The notes beneath the pieces were generated by a model that was given only the letters and a program-made list of their open reading frames with translations, was not told the origin of the DNA and ran no database searches. Positions 24,756 through 38,246 of a stretch of 64,000 bases of DNA are shown piece after piece (the first letter of the stretch is position 1; each line of letters opens with the position of its first letter). The stretch is from Octopus sinensis (lineage: Eukaryota): NCBI RefSeq assembly GCF_006345805.1, contig NC_043000.1:91326001-91390000 (forward strand), given 5' to 3'. The translations under genes were made by a program, and so were the position numbers.

Positions 24756-25078
24756 ACACACGTGCTGACTTGTTATATTCCACGTCTTTTTTTTTCTACT
24801 GGTCAACTAGTTAACCATTTAAGCAATTAACTAATCGAAAGATTGATTAAAAGTTACGCTGAGAAATATCTGTATGTACTTCAGCTATGCTGAGGATTAT
24901 CTGTATACTGAGAAATATGTGCCATTAATAAGTTAGCGAATGGCTAACTTATTAATGAACCAAGAATGAAGAACCTACCAGAATGAATAATTAGTCAAAC
25001 GTATTAATCAAACAATCGATTGGTTAACTGGTTGACTCATAATAATAACAGAAATAATATAGAACCAGTGCGTGTGTT
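24756..25078. repeat. Degenerate fold-back element with a perfect central 15-bp palindrome (24923-24957)
   Basis: AACACACG/CGTGTGTT; GTCAACTAGTTAACCA/TGGTTAACTGGTTGAC; CATTAATAAGTTAGC-GAATG-GCTAACTTATTAATG. Confidence 0.65.
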
Positions 25079-25360
25079 ATTATTGGCGTTATGACTCCCA
25101 AGATACAAAATGTTATATTTTAATATTATATTAAGCACATTTCTAAATTTCTGCATATGTACATGCAGAGTGTTCTTTAATACATAACAAAACAGAAATT
25201 ACGTCTCCGATCATTCAGCTGGTGATACTGAATATATTTTGAAATGTGAAGTTATGAAGAAAGAGCGTATTTTCATGTTCTTTTTAGAAAAAACCTTACA
25301 AATGACATAAAGAAATGGCTGTTTCAAGATCATGTTTTACATTTTACGCCCCCCACCACA

Positions 25361-25435
<75 letters not shown>

Positions 25436-26157
25436 ATCTATCTATCTATCTATCTAGTTATGGTACTGTATGAATATTTAATGTGGTTTTAGAGTCAAGT
25501 TTTGACTGCTATTTCCAGTGTGGGAGTATCTCTTAGATACCCTAAATTACAATTTTAAATAATTACCTTTGAAAGGTTTTATCTCCAAGCTGGCTACCTG
25601 ATATGATTGGTATCTAAATATCGATCTTATCCTTATTTATATAAATTTATATATCTATCTTGTTAGTTAGTTATGAGGTCGTGACATATACTGCATTTTT
25701 GATGTTGGTATTGACAGCAACTTGGTATTGTTGAAAGGGAATTAGTTTCCCCAGTTTTCTTTCACCCGTGTGCATCCTTCAATTATGGACATCTGAAAAG
25801 ATGAAAAAAACAAAAAGGGACGTCCTCGATGATTATGGTTTCTAGTGCAAAATTAGCAAATTTTAAGAGAAGGGTTTAGTCAATATTATAGACCCCAGGA
25901 CCTGACTTTTATTTTACATATCGACCTTTGAATGGTGAAAGGCAAAGTTAACCTCAGGTAGGGCTTGAAATCAGAATGTAAAAGCGTTGGCTCAAATATT
26001 GAAAATTATTTTCTTTGACGACCTGACAATTTTATCAGCCCACAATCTTCTCTATTTTGATAATGAAGACACCAATGATGATAACAGTGATGATTGATAC
26101 CTGCTAAGAACCTTCATATCTTTATGTACCTCATTAGCATTATATCAATGTATAGAA

Positions 26158-26383
26158 GGAGCGAGCTAGCAGAATCGATAGCACAGCGCACAAAGTGCAC
26201 TGCGGCATTTCGTCAGTCTTTACATTCTGAGTTCAAATTTCGCCTTCCCGGGTCGATAAAATAAGTACTAGTTGAGTACTGGAGTCGATGTATTCGACTA
26301 GTCCAGTTTCCTCAAAATGTCAGGCCTTTTTATTATAGTATAAAGGATTATTGTTATTATTATTATTATCATTATTATTATTA

Positions 26384-26441
<58 letters not shown>

Positions 26442-26655
26442 GACGATGAGCTAACTGAAACGTTAGCAAGCCGGGTAAAATGCTTATCGATATTTCGTTC
26501 GTCTTTACTGTCCGAGGTCGACTTTACCTTTCATCCTTTCAGGGTGTCGATAAAGCAAGTACCAGTTGAGTACTGGGGTCGATGAATTCGAATTACCCCC
26601 TCCCCCGAACCTGCTAACCTTGTGCCAAAATTTGAAACCATTATTATTATTATTA

Positions 26656-26744
<89 letters not shown>

Positions 26745-26950
26745 GTAGTGTGCCCACAAAATTGCTAGCAGACTGAAGAAGATGCTTAGCAGCATTTCTT
26801 CTGTCTTTAAGTTCTGCGCTGAAATTTTGCTGTGATTGATTTTACCTTTCATCCTCTTGAGATCGATAAAATAAATACCAGCCAAGCAATGGGATTGGTA
26901 TAATCGACTAACCCTCGCACCAATCAATTTCAGACCTTATGCTTATAGTA
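26158..26950 (+). mobile_element. Three SINE family B copies separated by (ATT)n tails
   Basis: Copies at about 26158-26345, 26446-26640 and 26760-26950, each with a GAGCTAGCAGAA-like head and the GTCGATAAAATAAGTAC domain. Confidence 0.8.
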
Positions 26951-27273
26951 GAAAGAACCGTATTAACATATACAAAAATATATTACTAGTTCAATATTCT
27001 GCTAAATTTTAAACTCTGATTTGAACACACTACGTCAGGAGTTATCAGAAATATATGAAACTTAATTTTCAAATAAAAAACAATTTCATAAGAAAATTGG
27101 TCTGTGTTATTGTATGTTCTTACCTGATATATTTTTGTTGCTTTTCAAAGCATGTAAATATTATACATAATATATGATATACAATGTATTTAATGTAGCA
27201 TATAACATAATATAATGCAATATAATATAGTACATAATACATGTATGTATATATATATATGTATGTATCTATG

Positions 27274-27353
<80 letters not shown>

Positions 27354-27373
27354 CATGAACATATAAGTGTGTG

Positions 27374-27419
<46 letters not shown>

Positions 27420-28098
27420 GGCGCGTATATATATTGTTTATTAAAAAAACTTCTTTTAAAGTTCTTTGTCAGATAGTTACAAAAAAATATAATAACCATA
27501 CACATACACACACACACACACACACATAACAAAAGCTCGGAATATATGAAACACTCTTCCACCATCACAACACCCTTCTCCCCTATTTACACACATGTAC
27601 TGTATACAATATTCCCTTCATAAAATATTTAAACTATTTACTTAAAAGTAACACTTGTGAATTTCATTCTTTTTCTCAGCGACTAACTCAAAGAACGATA
27701 CAAGCAAAATTTTCCCAATCTTATTATTTTTTTCTGTCAACTCCATCTACATTTCCGCTTTTCCTTTACTTTTCTCTTTTTACCTCTTCTTCCTTCTACT
27801 CCCCCTCGTCCTTCCTCTCTGTTCTTTCTTTTCTCCTTTCTTGTTTATTCTTGTTTACTTTTCTTCTTTCTTCCTTTTCATGCTTTTTCAATGGCGTTAT
27901 TATTTTTCATAATTTTCTTGATGTTTGATATATAAGAGAGAGAGAGAGAGAAATTTAAGTTTTCTCACCTAATGAACCTCTTCGGTGAGAGTCAATTAAT
28001 AAAAAGCTGTCGTGATACTTATGTTTTTGTGTCAAATTTTTGCTTTATACATACATACATACATACATGCATATAAATATATATATGCATATATATAT

Positions 28099-28140
<42 letters not shown>

Positions 28141-28152
28141 GATATATCTGTA

Positions 28153-28186
<34 letters not shown>

Positions 28187-28573
28187 TGCATATGTGTGTG
28201 TGTGTGGTGCGTATATGGTGTGTTACCGTATATATATATATAAGGTTTAGTTTCTTTCGTTTTTCCTGTTTTTTAGTTTTGTACACTATGGTTTATTTTG
28301 GGGTTTCTGTGTTTCCTTTTCCTTCTCTTTTTTTGTGTTGTGATTGATGTTTTTCTGTTGTTGATGTCGTTGTGGTTATAGCATTGGTACTGGCAATGAG
28401 ATTGGTGGTGGTGGTGGTGGTAATGGTGCCAAAAGAAAAAAAAAGATAAAAAGGAAAAGAAGAAATCTTGAAATCTAGAATAATTTGTAAAACTGTGTTT
28501 GTTAAAAATGAAATAATGAGAGTCATTTGATATCGAAGAGTAGGATCCTGCACACACAAACACACATATGTCT

Positions 28574-28658
<85 letters not shown>

Positions 28659-28965
28659 TACGTGTGTGCGTGTGTGTATGTGTGTTAGATATATACATTA
28701 TGCATATATATATATATATATAATATATATTATATATATACACAAACAATTATGCATTTACATACACATGTTTACATATGTTAGTGTGCATGAATGTATG
28801 TTTATAAACTTAGATCCTTGTATGTAAATGCATACACACACATATATGCATATAGATATTTATATATATAGACATATAATCTACATATACATTAACACCA
28901 TATAACATATATATATATGTAAATACATATATACATATATATGTACTAATACATACATACTACAT

Positions 28966-29074
<109 letters not shown>

Positions 29075-30089
29075 GTATATATATATATATATATATATAC
29101 CATAGTGAGAGAGAGAGAGACCTATCTCCCAACTCTGCTTTAAGAAATGTGATGAAGAATATATAACACCACAAACTATGTACTTATACAATGTATGTAT
29201 GTGTCTATATATATTATTATTTTCTATGTGTATAATAATATATATATTTATATATATATATACAATTTACTCACACGCACACACACAAATATATGAAAGA
29301 TGTATGCGCATATCTGTGCATATGTGCATATGTTTTACTTTTAAATTATAGACTCTGAAATATTTTATTCAAGGCAAACAGAAACCTTAATTTGAAAAAT
29401 ATGTGCATGTGTGTGTATGTGTGTGTGTGTGTGAGTGCGTGTGTATGCGGGTGTAAGTATGTATGCATATCTATGCGCACAATATTTATCAAAAGCGCCA
29501 ATGAAATAATGATACCTGCATCATATGCTTCCCCATAATTTTTTTCTTCGGAGAGCATAATATACAAGCTAAAGTGCTAAACTTTAAAACTAAAATTAAA
29601 CAGTCTGATTTCGATTCAGACAAATGTTTCATTTTATGTAGTTAAGAAGTAAGAAACAAATCGCTAGCAACAAAATATTTGCAAATTCACGAAGCGCAGA
29701 AATTTCTAGGGAGCTGAAAAGAACCCAACAAACAACATGGCGTGTGCCACCTGTTCAATGACATATCATTAATGAAATCGACTCACCCCTCCTCCAAAAT
29801 GTCTGGACTTGTGCTAAAAATCTGAAACAAATGACAAAATTGTCAGCAGCCTGAGCTAGGTGCTTAACAGCATTTCTTTAGTCTCTTTTGAGTTCAAATT
29901 CTGCCGGGAGTGACTTTGCTTCTCATCATATAGTATAAAAGATATAGTATAGATGTATATAGTATAAAAGATCAAGAATAAAGTAAATGTGTTCATGTAC
30001 TTAATCGTGATTGTCTCAAATTGACCATGTTTGTTCTTTTTGCTACTGAAATGGCAAAATTACTATTGCGAATTTGCAGAAATATCGAG

Positions 30090-30990
30090 TTCATATTTTG
30101 GCTCTAGGGCAGCAATTTTTGAGGTGTTAGGGCAATTTCATCGACCATAGAACTCAACTGGTACTTATTTTATCGATCCCAAAAGGATGAAAGGTGAAGT
30201 CGACCTCGGCGGAATTTGAACTGCCACTAAGCATTTTGCTCGGTTGCTTACGATTCTGCAAGATCGCTGCTTTCGAAATTGTAGAAATATTTATTTCTTT
30301 ATTGTTAACAGGGGGCTAAACATAAAGGGGACAAACAAGGACAAACAAACGGATTAAGTCGATTAAATCGACCCCAGTGCGTAACTGGTGCTTATTTAAT
30401 CGACCCCGAAAGGATGAAAGGCAAAGTCGACCTCGGCGGAATTTGAACTCAGAACGTAGCGGCAGACGAAATACCACTAAGCATTTCGCCCGGCGTACTA
30501 ACGATTCTACCAGATCACCCGCCTTATAACGAAAAATATGATATTGATTTCAAATTTTGACACAAAGCCAGCAATTTTGACACAAAGCCAGCAATTTCGA
30601 TTACATCGAGCCCAGTGCTCAACTGGTAATTAATTTATCGACCTTGAAAGGATAAAACGCAAAGTAGATCTCGACGGCATTTGAACTCAGTACGTAACAA
30701 CGGAGGATATGCCGCTAAGCATTTTGCCTTGTGTGCTAACGATTCTGTCAGCTCGTCGCCTTAAAACGACAAATATAATATTCTTTTCTACTCTAGACAC
30801 AAGACCCGAAATTTTTGGGGAGGGGGCCAGTCGATTAGACCGACCCCAGTACTTGACTGGTGCTTAATTTATCGAAGGATGAAAGGCAAAGCCGACCTAG
30901 CGGGATTTGAACTCAAAACGTAAAGTCAAACGAAATACCGAGAAGCACTTCGCCGGCGTGCTAAGGTTTCTGCCAACTCGCCTCCTTACG
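30090..30990 (-). mobile_element. Tandem array of four SINE family B copies
   Basis: Repeated GGATGAAAGGCAAAGTCGACCTCGGCGGAATTTGAACTC at about 30185, 30412, 30650 and 30877. Confidence 0.85.
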
Positions 30991-31157
30991 ACGCCAAATA
31001 TAATATTGAAAACTGTTCGACGAACGGGAACGTGAAACTCTGAGTAAAAGCTTTTGTGATATTTTTTGCTGCTTTTCAATAAAGCATAATTACTCTACCT
31101 CTGGTATTCGAGTACTATCTTTTTCCACCTTGTTTTGCGTTCATGTGCTTACTCCCG

Positions 31158-31192
<35 letters not shown>

Positions 31193-32369
31193 ATATATTA
31201 TATATTATATATATATATATATATATATTATATAATATATATATATTATATATAGCAAAGAAGAGAACATTTATCTGATGAGAAATCTGATGGTACACAC
31301 CATCCAGAAAATAACTTTCTTTAGATTTTTACCGATAAATACTAGACAATTTGGCTATTCAATTTAACTTGCTCGGTTTCAATCTGAAGAAGCAGGCTTT
31401 CACAAACGAAGAACATTTCTCATCATAGCTAACAACTGTCAAAAGATAGAAAACAGTTAAGAAATTCTGCAATAAGAACCACAAATGCAATCCCATTCAT
31501 GACTGCACCCATGTGTACATGTGCATATGCATGTATAAATGCATATAAGGAATCTTTTCTGTTTGGATGCACCTATAGAGATTTTGATGCTTAGTGAAAA
31601 TTTTATAAACTAGTGCATTAAAGTAGTAAAGGCACCTATTTGTCAGTGGCTTTCGATTGTGTAAAATTACCCCATATTTGCAAATTTTAAAAGCGATTGA
31701 CCCTTTATTTGTTGATTTAGGGTGAAAATGAATTTCATGTCAATGATTACCATACAAAATTACATCAACACATGAAATATGAAATCAGGCGGAATAAAAA
31801 TTGAAAAAATTGAAAAGTGGTAGCCAAACATAAAAGATCCTACACAAATGTACATGCATACATACACCCACACATATATATGTCTGTGCGTGTGGATGTT
31901 TGTGTATATATATATGTGTGTGTGTGGTGTGTGTATACATACATGCATACATTTATGCATTCGAGAGTACTCTGTTTGATGTCTAAATTCCAACGAAAGA
32001 GTCTTGTTTCGGGCTAGAAATCGGATCTTTCTCCATTGGAGAGAAATTCGGAAAGCAACAACCAAGAATGAAATCGCGCGCGCACACACACTCACACACA
32101 TACACGTTCACACAAGCACACTCACACAAACATACACACACGTCTACATCTGTTTACCTGTCTCTATATGCACACACACATTTTTCTCACTCTCTCACTC
32201 TTCTTTCCCCTCTCACTACATATATGTATGTATATATGTATGTATGTATATATGTATGTATATATGTATGTATGCATGTATGTATGTATGTGTGTGTGCA
32301 TGTATGCAGATAGAAACACCCACTTATATTTACTTACATGTTTGTCAAAATGTAATATATGTATATATG

Positions 32370-32415
<46 letters not shown>

Positions 32416-33171
32416 AACGCACACTCACACAACACACATACACACACACACACACACATATATATATAAGTCCAAAGTTTCATACGTGAACACACATATA
32501 TATCAATACATACATTCAAACATATACATACATGCATGCATGCATTTCAATGCGCGCGTGCATGCGTTTGAATAAATTTGGTTTGTCTAATACTTATATA
32601 TTAATACACTTCTACATAATCAGAGCTCTTAAAACTCTTAATTTATTTCTTCTTATTCTTCCTTCTCTGTCACCTCTCACTAACCCATCTCTCATGATCA
32701 TGTACTTTGCAGTTAGCTTAGGGCTAATTCCTATACCAAACTGTGTTTCTTTTTGGTAATAGAAACCCCAACATAGCTTCCCAATGTGAAGAAACGTTAT
32801 ATAATATACTACCTTGCATCCACTGAATAATTTCAGTCTAAAAACAGAACTTATATTCTTCTAACTTTTGGAATGCGTTTGTGCGTATGTGTTTGTGAAT
32901 GTATGTGCGGGCGAGCATGTCTACGTACGTGTGCGTGTGTGTGTGTACATGTATGTGTGTGTGTGTCTGTGTATTTATATGTGTGTGTGTCTGTGTGTGT
33001 ATGTGTGTGTGTGTCTGTGTGTTTATATGTGTGTGTGTGTCTGTGTGTGTATGTGTGTGTGTGTTGGGTGCTGTTAAGAATTATAAGATATTGATGTATC
33101 GCAGAGTAAAGGGATTAAACAAAGTTTGAAATTTATAATCTGGTTAGAAACAATATATTTATGTGTGTATG

Positions 33172-33209
<38 letters not shown>

Positions 33210-33387
33210 TGTGTGTGTGGTGTTTGTGTATGTATGTATGTATATGCGTGTGTATGTGTATGTCTGTACATGTGCTTGTGTGTGTATGTCTGTACATGTG
33301 CTTGTGTGTGTATGTATGAAGATTCATGAATATAAATGTCTATCTATATTGTGCATACATGTATGCATGTATATATATATATATATA

Positions 33388-33443
<56 letters not shown>

Positions 33444-33542
33444 CATATACATATATATATATACATTATATATATATATATACATATATGCACACACACA
33501 GATATATATATGTATGTATGTATGTACGTATGTGTGTGTGTG

Positions 33543-33660
33543 CACAGGCGTGGCTGTACGTTAAGAGGCTTGCTTCACAACCAGATGATTCCTGGTTCAG
33601 TCTAACGGCATGGCGCCTTGGGCATGTGTCTCCTACTTGTGCCTCCAGTCAACCAAAGCT
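33543..33660 (+). mobile_element. SINE family A head only
   Basis: CAGGCGTGGCTGT...GGTTCAGTC...CCTTGGGCATGTGTCTCCT...ACCAAAGC. Confidence 0.7.
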
Positions 33661-33661
33661 T

Positions 33662-33706
<45 letters not shown>

Positions 33707-33719
33707 ATAATATAATACA

Positions 33720-34470
33720 GAAATGGCGAACGCAAAACATCTAGAAAGATAGGTGAAACAAAAAAGGGGACAACAAAATAACCAGACAGTCGATACAAGG
33801 AAAACAAGGACGGATCATTCAGTGTTTTCTATCCTCAATCGAGTTCCAGATTATCTTTGCAATTTCGGCTGGTTATACTCGAGATTGCGCCAATCTGGCC
33901 AACCCCAAGGAAAAAATAAGCTAAGAGCATAACATTCCTTGGAGGGAAGCAGGGAATTTATACGAAAACAATGACGGAAGAAAGAAAACCAGAGAAATCT
34001 TACACAAATACAAATAACAGGACATGACAACAGCTGTCTTTCGACTAAGGACGAATTAAATTAAACTGGCGTGTGTAGAAGTAAAGCCTTATGGCAGGGA
34101 TATAAGGTTTAACAAGCACAGGAAGAAATATAGATGTTGCACGGGCAGTAGTCCAACCAGGAAAGGTCAGGCCTGGCCACGACAGCTTAATTTAATTCGT
34201 CCTTAGTCGAAAGACACCTGTTGTTATGTCCTGTTATTTGTATTTGTGTAACATTTCTCTGGGTTTTTTTCGTCCTTGTTTTGGGGCTGACCAGATTGGG
34301 ACAATATCGAGTATAACCAGCCGAAATTGCAAAGATAATCTGGAACTCGACTGAGGATAGAAAACTCCAAATGATCTGTCCTTGTTTTCTTTGTATCGTC
34401 TGGCTGGATATTTTGTTGACCCTTTTTTGTTTCACCTAACAGTGTGGATGTTTTGCGTTCTTATCCCATT
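33720..34470. mobile_element. Head-to-head inverted pair of a noncoding element (arms about 33720-34066 and 34186-34470), with (TA)-rich flanks
   Basis: The left-arm reverse complement aligns with the right arm, which has a deletion of about 60 bp; spacer about 120 bp. Confidence 0.85.
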
Positions 34471-34519
34471 TTTGAATTTTTTATATATAAAATATATCGG
34501 CGTACATACACTTTGGTCT

Positions 34520-35740
34520 CTTGTCCTTACTCTGAACTGCTTCTCGTTCGCGGGCGAGTTTCTACCATCAGGTCTCGGGAGTGGCCATGGAACGCGAATG
34601 GGCCCAACTATGCGAACCTGTTCGTTGGCTATGTTGAGGCCCAAATATTCTCTACTTTCACTGGTCCCACTCCTGAACTATATGGTCGTTATATTGACGA
34701 CATTATCGGGCACCTCACTCTCCCGCGAACATCTAGATTCCTCTCTCTTTCGTCCAATCTTTCCATCCAGCCCTCCACTTCACTTCCACTATCTCCAACA
34801 CCTCGTCTCCTTTCTCTACATTTCGGTTAGCATTCTTGACTCCACTCTTACCACCTCCATTCACTACAAACACACAGACTCCACCTCATACCTCAACTTC
34901 TCTTCCTCCCACCCAGAACACACCAAGCTTTCCATCCCCTATTCCCAATTCCTCCTCTCTACGTAGGCTCTGTAGTGACGACCATGACTTTGAGACTCAG
35001 TCTCAACGTATGGCTCCCCACTTCACTTCACCTACGTGGATACCCCCTCACACCACTATCCACACCGCCCTTGCCAGAGCACGGTCCGTGGACCGTGTAT
35101 CTGCTCTCTCTCCCCGAACCCGCCCTGTAGTCTCCCCCTCCCTTTTCCCCTCACTTACCACCCCCAACGACCCTACGTCTCCAACGCACACCATTCTTCG
35201 AGCTTTCCGTCGTCTCCAGTCCGACCCGTCCACTTCACACCTCTTCCCTAACCGACCCCCTCCCCTCTTTCAAACGAGCCCACAACCTTCGAGACCTTTG
35301 GTCCATAGCTCCTTCCCTGACCCTACCTCCCAACCCGGCTCGTTCCCCTGCTCCCGCCCACGTTGCCGCACTTGCCCTTACCTCTCCAACACCACCCCCT
35401 CACTAGCACCCACCATCGACCCTATCCCATCATCCACTCCTTCACCTGCACCTCCAGCAATATTATCTATTGCATCTCTTGCTCTCTCTGCAATTCCTTG
35501 TACATCGACAAACGGACGCCGCTTGGCTGACCGGTTCGCGGAACACCTTCGTGACATCCACCTTGCGAACGACACACCGGTCTCACGCCATTTCCGCTCC
35601 ACCGGTCACTCCTTGCAACACCTATCTGTGTTCGGTTTGTCCTTACACAGAGGCCATCCGGATTCCCGTTTGCGCCGTGAACAGGAATTAATCTTCTCTC
35701 TTCGCTCTTATACGCCATTTGGTCTCAACTCTCCCCCCCC
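34520..35740 (+). pseudogene. Penelope-like RT plus GIY-YIG endonuclease, frameshifted
   Basis: GVAMGTRMGPNYANLFVGYVE, LYGRYIDDI, YKHTDSTSYLNFSSSHP, SIPYSQF-LRRLCSDD, PCSRPRCRTC linker, FTCTSSNIIYCISCSLC, GRRLADRFAEHLRDI, VSRHF, RLRREQELIFSLRSYTPFGLN. Confidence 0.92.
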
Positions 35741-36579
35741 CTCCTCATCTAACCCCCCTCTCCCCCTCCTCACCTATCCTTTCTCCCCCCGACCCACCCT
35801 ACTCTTCAGTCCTTCATCCTTTCACCCCTACTCCCCTTCCCTTCTTCCCCTCTTTCTCTCCCTCTTCCTCTTCCCTCTGCTCCCTCACTCCCTCTCTCCC
35901 CTTCTCTCTCCCCCTCTCCCTCTTTCCTCCTTCATCCCTCTCCTCCCTTCCTTCTCCCCATCCTCTCCTCTTCCCCTCCCCTCCCCCTCTTCTTCCCCTC
36001 CCCTTCTCCCCCCCTTCTCTCCCCCCCTCCCCCTCTTCTCCTCACTACACCACATGACTTTACACATCACATCACATATGATGTGCCATACTATACACAA
36101 TACACCAACTAATACATACTAATACGTACTAATACATACTAGTACATACTAATACTTACACCAACCCTATACATACACACGTCCAGACCCCGCATACGCA
36201 CTTATACTCTCTCACACACACACACACACACCTATACATACCAATACGTACTAATACATACTAATACATACTAATACATACACCAACCCCATACATACGC
36301 ACGTCCAGACCAATCCCACGCACTGATACTCTCTCATACACACACACACACACACACCCTTATACATACTAATACATACACCAACCCTATACATACACAT
36401 CCAGACTCCTCCCACGCACTTTTAGCTGGTCCCTCAACCCTATTATCTCCCCTTATTTCGCTCTCGCGTCTCATGTTTGATCTTTGACCTCTGGCCGAAA
36501 TCAGATCGCCATGTTGATTCGTTAGCTACTGCACGCATTTTTTTCTCTCCTTCTTTCTGTGTTTTTCTCTCTCTGTGTA

Positions 36580-36617
36580 TCTTTCTGTTGAAGAGCGTAG
36601 GCTCGAAACGTTAAAGA
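36580..36617 (+). ncRNA. Minimal PLE-type hammerhead with variant core CUGUUGA
   Basis: UCUUU-CUGUUGA-A-GAGC(GUAG)GCUC-GAAAC-GUU-AAAGA; stem I 5 bp, stem II 4 bp, loopless palindromic stem III (dimer type). Confidence 0.65.
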
Positions 36618-36716
36618 CTTGTTTTATATTTATATTTCCTGAGCGCCATACTAATACAATTGTTCGTTTGTTTTCCACCTGCCTTCGTCTTTTGTTTATT
36701 TTCATAAAGCTTCCCG

Positions 36717-36755
<39 letters not shown>

Positions 36756-37239
36756 TATTATAATAGATATATATATATATATACATATACATACATTTTT
36801 CACTCTCCGCTCTTAATCATTTAAGCGTGTATTTTTATACCATTGTGTATCTTGTCGACTGTAAACACTTCTCCGAAAAGTGGCTACCTTATGTTACACC
36901 ATACTAAGCAATCATTAGAGTGACAGAAAAAAGTCATGTTCGGTATATCATTCAGATCCTTTCGTACTAAGTTCGAATCCCGGAAAATTTGCTTTTGTCT
37001 CCTTTAGAACCAATCATCTATTGAGGATGACAACATCAATTAATCTCAGTCCTACAGAATTGTTGGCCTTATCCCTAAATCATAAATAATAAAGAGATGA
37101 GCTGGCAAAATCGTTAAAGTATCAGAAAAACACTTAAAATTGATTTCTTCAGCCTTTTTTTGTTTACATTCTGGGTTCAAATCCAGCCGATGTTAACTTT
37201 GCCTCTATCGGTCCTTCATATTTAATATGTACAATTAAT

Positions 37240-37520
37240 ATGCAGGAGTGGCTGTGTGGTAAGTAGCTTGCTTACCAACCACATGGTTCCGGGTTCAGTC
37301 CTACTGCGTGGCATCTTGGGTCCCCCTAGCATTGCTTGACAACCGATGCTGGTGTGTTTACGTCCCCCGTAACGTAGCGGTTCGGCAAATGAGACCGATA
37401 GAATAAGTACTAGGCTTACAAAGAATAAGTCCTGGGGTCGATTTGCTCGACTAAAGGCGGTGCTCCAGCAGGGCCGCAGTCAAATGACTGAAACAAATAA
37501 AAGAGTAAAAGAGCAAGAGT
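37240..37520 (+). mobile_element. SINE family A, internally deleted
   Basis: Head GCAGGAGTGGCTGTGTGGTAAG fused directly to tail CCCCTAGCATTGCTTGACAACC. Confidence 0.85.
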
Positions 37521-37647
37521 ACACACATACATAATGTATGTATTAAAAGACTGACGTTAACTTAGAAAAGCATTAATCGAGGTTTCACGAGAATTTGAAA
37601 ATAACTTATCATTTGAAGCAAGCACACAAACGATCAAAAGCGTTGAA

Positions 37648-37895
37648 TCCTTGAGCAAGACACTTTATTTCACGTTGCGCCATTCCACTCAGCTGGCAAA
37701 AATGAATAGTACTTGTAACTCAAAGTATCAGCCCCTTGTCACATTCTGTGTCACGCTGAATCTTCCTGAGAACTACGTTAAGTGTACGCGTGTCTGTGGA
37801 GTGCTCAACCACGTGCACGTTAATTTCACCAGCAGACGGTTCCGTTGATCAGATCAACTGGAAGCCTCATCGTCGTAAGCAACGGAGTGCCGTTG
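37648..37895 (+). mobile_element. SINE family C body joined to the family D-type tail
   Basis: CTTGAGCAAGACACTTTATTTCACGTTGC...CACTCAGCTGGC followed by TTGTCACATTCTGTGTCACGCTGAATC...GATCAACTGGAA. Confidence 0.7.
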
Positions 37896-38059
37896 TACAT
37901 ATTAATTATATTTGATGGTAGACTCTCGAGTCGGAGAAAGACGATTCTACAATTACTTACTGAACAGACTGCGTATATGATTTGTTCATTTTGATCAAAT
38001 GTTGGCGTTGCACATTAACTCGTTCCTTCCATCAAATCGTCATTACCTGTACACATGCA

Positions 38060-38210
38060 CAGTGTACCACACGTCAGGTGTCGAACTTATCACAGAGTAA
38101 CGTCAGATGAAGTGTTTTGCTCAAGAACACAATGCACCACCCGCTCCTAGAATCGTACTTACGATCTTGCGATTGGGAGTTCAACGCCCTAACCACTTGT
38201 TCACATGCCC
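38060..38210 (-). mobile_element. SINE family C fragment
   Basis: Minus strand GTGGTTAGGGCGTTG...GTACGATTCTAGGAGCGGG...TGTGTTCTTGAGCAAAACACTTCATC. Confidence 0.6.
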
Positions 38211-38211
38211 A

Positions 38212-38246
<35 letters not shown>

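Larger units (their letters stand above)
34500..36718 (+). mobile_element. 5'-truncated Penelope-like retroelement (Neptune-like), with CT-rich spacer, minisatellite and hammerhead-bearing 3' terminus
   Basis: RT and GIY-YIG remnants, then a terminus ending CATAAAGCTTCCCGT-(TA)n. A second copy of the 3' part is at 60890-61755. Confidence 0.9.

Noticed and set aside
31270-31325. CTGATGA followed by a GATGG/CCATC hairpin and GAAA, next to (TA)n
   Set aside because: Hairpin is not adjacent to the core and there is no NUH with stem III or stem I; at best a very decayed relic.
35740-36122. C-terminal extension of the 428-aa ORF
   Set aside because: CT-rich low-complexity spacer of the PLE; only the upstream part is RT/GIY-YIG derived.
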